A stretch of 64,000 nt of DNA from Eledone cirrhosa (lineage: Eukaryota): the NCBI GenBank assembly GCA_964016885.1, contig OZ024765.1:1178001-1242000 (forward strand), read 5' to 3'. Under the pieces are notes generated by a model. It was not told the origin of the DNA. It worked only from the letters and a program-made list of their open reading frames with translations, and did not search any database. The position numbers were made by a program, and so were the translations under genes. Of this stretch, positions 61,401 through 64,000 are shown one piece after another (the first letter of the stretch is position 1; each line of letters opens with the position of its first letter).

Positions 61401-64000
61401 TGCAATATTTAATACAGAAATGGCTTCTACAAGACTGTAAACTCATTAATATGAGGGATATTAGTAGTATATATGCCATATTTAATACGGAAATTGCTTC
61501 TAAATGAAGAGAACTCTTTATTCGATGAAATAGTCGTGTATATGCAATATTTAATAGAGAAATGGCTTCTACTGCCACTAAAACTCATTAATTTGATGGA
61601 AATAGTAGTGTATATGCAATATTAATACAGAAATGGCTTCTACAGCACTAAAACTCATTAATATGAGGGGTATTTATAGATTATATGCCATATTAAATAC
61701 ATAAGTGGCTTATAAAGAACTAGAATTATTTAATTCGATGGAAATAGTCCTGTATATGCTATATTTAATGGAGAAATGCCTTTTACAGGACTAAAACTCA
61801 TTAATTTGAGGGGTATTAGTAGTGTATATGCAAAATGTAATACAGAAATGGCTTCTACAGGAGTGAAACTCATAAATATGATGGGTATTATTAGATTATA
61901 TGCCATATTTAATACAGAAATGTCTTCTGAAGGACTAGAACTCATTAATTTGAATCAAATAGTAGTATATATGCAATATTTATTACAGTAATGGCTTCTA
62001 CAGGACTGAAACTGATTAATTCTGAGGGTATTAGAAGATTATATGCCATATTTAATACGGAAATGGCTCCTAAAGGACTAAAACTATTTAATTTGAATCG
62101 AATAGTAGTGTATATGCAATATTTAATACAGAAATGGCTTCTACAAGACTGAAACTCATTAATATGAGGGGTATTAGTAGTATATATGCCATATTTAATA
62201 CGGAAATGCTTCTAAATGAAGAGAACTCTTTATTCGATGGAAATCGTCGTTTATATGCAATATTTAATAGAGAAATGGCTTCTACTGCACTAAAACTCAT
62301 TAATTTGATGGAAATAGTAGTGTATATGCAATATTTAATACAGAAATGGCTTCTACAGCACTAAAACTCATTAATATGAGGGGTATTTATAGATTATATG
62401 CCATATTTAATACATAAATGGCTTATAAAGAACTAGAATTATTTAATTTGATGGAAATAGTCCTGTATATGCTATATTTAATGGAGAAATGCCTTCTACA
62501 GGACTAAAACTCATTAATTTGAGGGGTATTAGTAGTGTATATGCAAAAATGTAATACAGAAATGGCTTCTACAGGAGTGAAACTCATAAATATGATGGGT
62601 ATTATTAGATTATATGCCATATTTAATACAGAAATGTCTTCTGAAGGACTAGAACTCATTAATTTGAATCAAATAGTAGTATATATGCAATATTTATTAC
62701 AGTAATGGCTTTTACAGGACTGAAATTGATTAATTCTGAGGGTATTAGAAGATTATATGCCATATTTAATACGGAAATGGCTCCTAAAGGACTAAAACTA
62801 TTTAATTTGAATCGAATAGTAGTGTATATGCAATATTTAATACAGAAATGGCTTCTACAAGACTGAAACTCATTAATATGAGGGGGTATTAGTAGTATAT
62901 ATGCCATATTTAATACGGAAATTGCTTCTAAATGAAGAGAACTCTTTAATTCGATGGAAATAGTCGTGTATATGCAATATTTAATAGAGAAATGGCTTCT
63001 ACTGCACTAAAACTCCTTAATTTGATGGAAATAGTAGTGTATATGCAATATTTAATACAGAAATGGCTTCTACACAGCACTAAAACTCATTAATATGAGG
63101 GGTATTTATAGATTATATGCCATATTTAATACATAAATGGCTTATAAAGAACTAGAATTATTTAATTCGATGGAAATAGTCCTGTATATGCTATATTTAA
63201 TGGAGAAATGCCTTCTACAGGACTAAAACTCATTAATTTGAGGGGTATTAGTAGTGTATATGCAAAATGTAATACAGAAATGGCTTCTACAGGAGTGAAA
63301 CTCATAAATATGATGGGTATTATTAGATTATATGCCATATTTAATACAGAAATGTCTTCTGAAGGACTAGAACTCATTAATTGAATCAAATAGTAGTATA
63401 TATGCAATATTTATTACAGTAATGGCTTTTAAAGGACTGAAATTGATTAATTCAGAGGGTATTAGAAGATTATATGGCATATTTAATACGGAAATGCTCC
63501 TAAAGGACTAAAACTATTAATTTGAATCGAATAGTAGTGTATATGCAATATTTAATACAGAAATGGCTTCTTCAAGACTGAAACTCATTCATATGAGGGG
63601 TATTAGTAGTATATATGCCATATTTAATACGGAAATTGCTTCTAAATGAAGAGAACTCTTTAATTCGATGGAAATCGTCGTTTATATGCAATATTTAATA
63701 GAGAAATGGCTTCTACTGCACTAAAAACTCCTTAATTTGATGGAAATAGTAGTGTATATGCAATATTTAATACAGAAATGGCTTCTACAGCACTAAAACT
63801 CATTAATATGAGGGGTATTTATAGATTATATGCCATATTTAATACATAAATGGCTTATAAAGAACTAGAATTATTTAATTCGATGGAAATAGTCCTGTAT
63901 ATGCTATATTTAATGGAGAAATGCCTTCTACAGGACTAAAACTCATTAATTTGAGGGGTATTAGTAGTGTATATGCAAAATGTAATACAGAAATGGCTTC
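58413..64000 (+). repeat. 71-bp satellite (satB) with a ~715-bp 10-monomer higher-order repeat
   Basis: Marker GAAGAGAACT at 58641, 59354, 60074, 60789, 61506, 62218, 62934 and 63648. Confidence 0.96.

Noticed and set aside
58866-63407. Repeated 65-115-aa ORFs in satB
   Set aside because: Chance open frames recurring with the satellite period.

Overview
Eukaryotic, AT- and microsatellite-rich genomic DNA, most likely from an octopus or other coleoid cephalopod. This is inferred from the [15 protein letters not shown] zinc-finger style and the RTE/SINE/MITE content. Three protein-coding genes are supported: a TRIM-type RING/B-box/B-box/coiled-coil gene with C-terminal hydrophobic segments (12760-14019, -), a tandem C2H2 zinc-finger gene (20506-22149, +), and ribosomal protein RPL13 (eL13; 5'TOP exon at about 25525, three coding exons, 211 aa). 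The last 26 kb is satellite DNA: a 30/41-bp satellite and a 71-bp satellite with a ~715-bp 10-mer higher-order repeat, separated by a 200-N gap. Main points of interest: (1) RPL13 intron 3 carries six near-identical 88-nt box C/D snoRNA cassettes with a U32/snR40-like 18S guide, interspersed with 84-bp 'empty' units that keep only the snoRNA terminal-stem arms; (2) several type I hammerhead ribozyme motifs of Penelope-like character, one intact on the sense strand of RPL13 intron 1; (3) the 71-bp satellite monomer appears to derive from the cleavage-site half of one hammerhead family; (4) several TE families have each seeded local minisatellites. All calls are by eye, without database searches.
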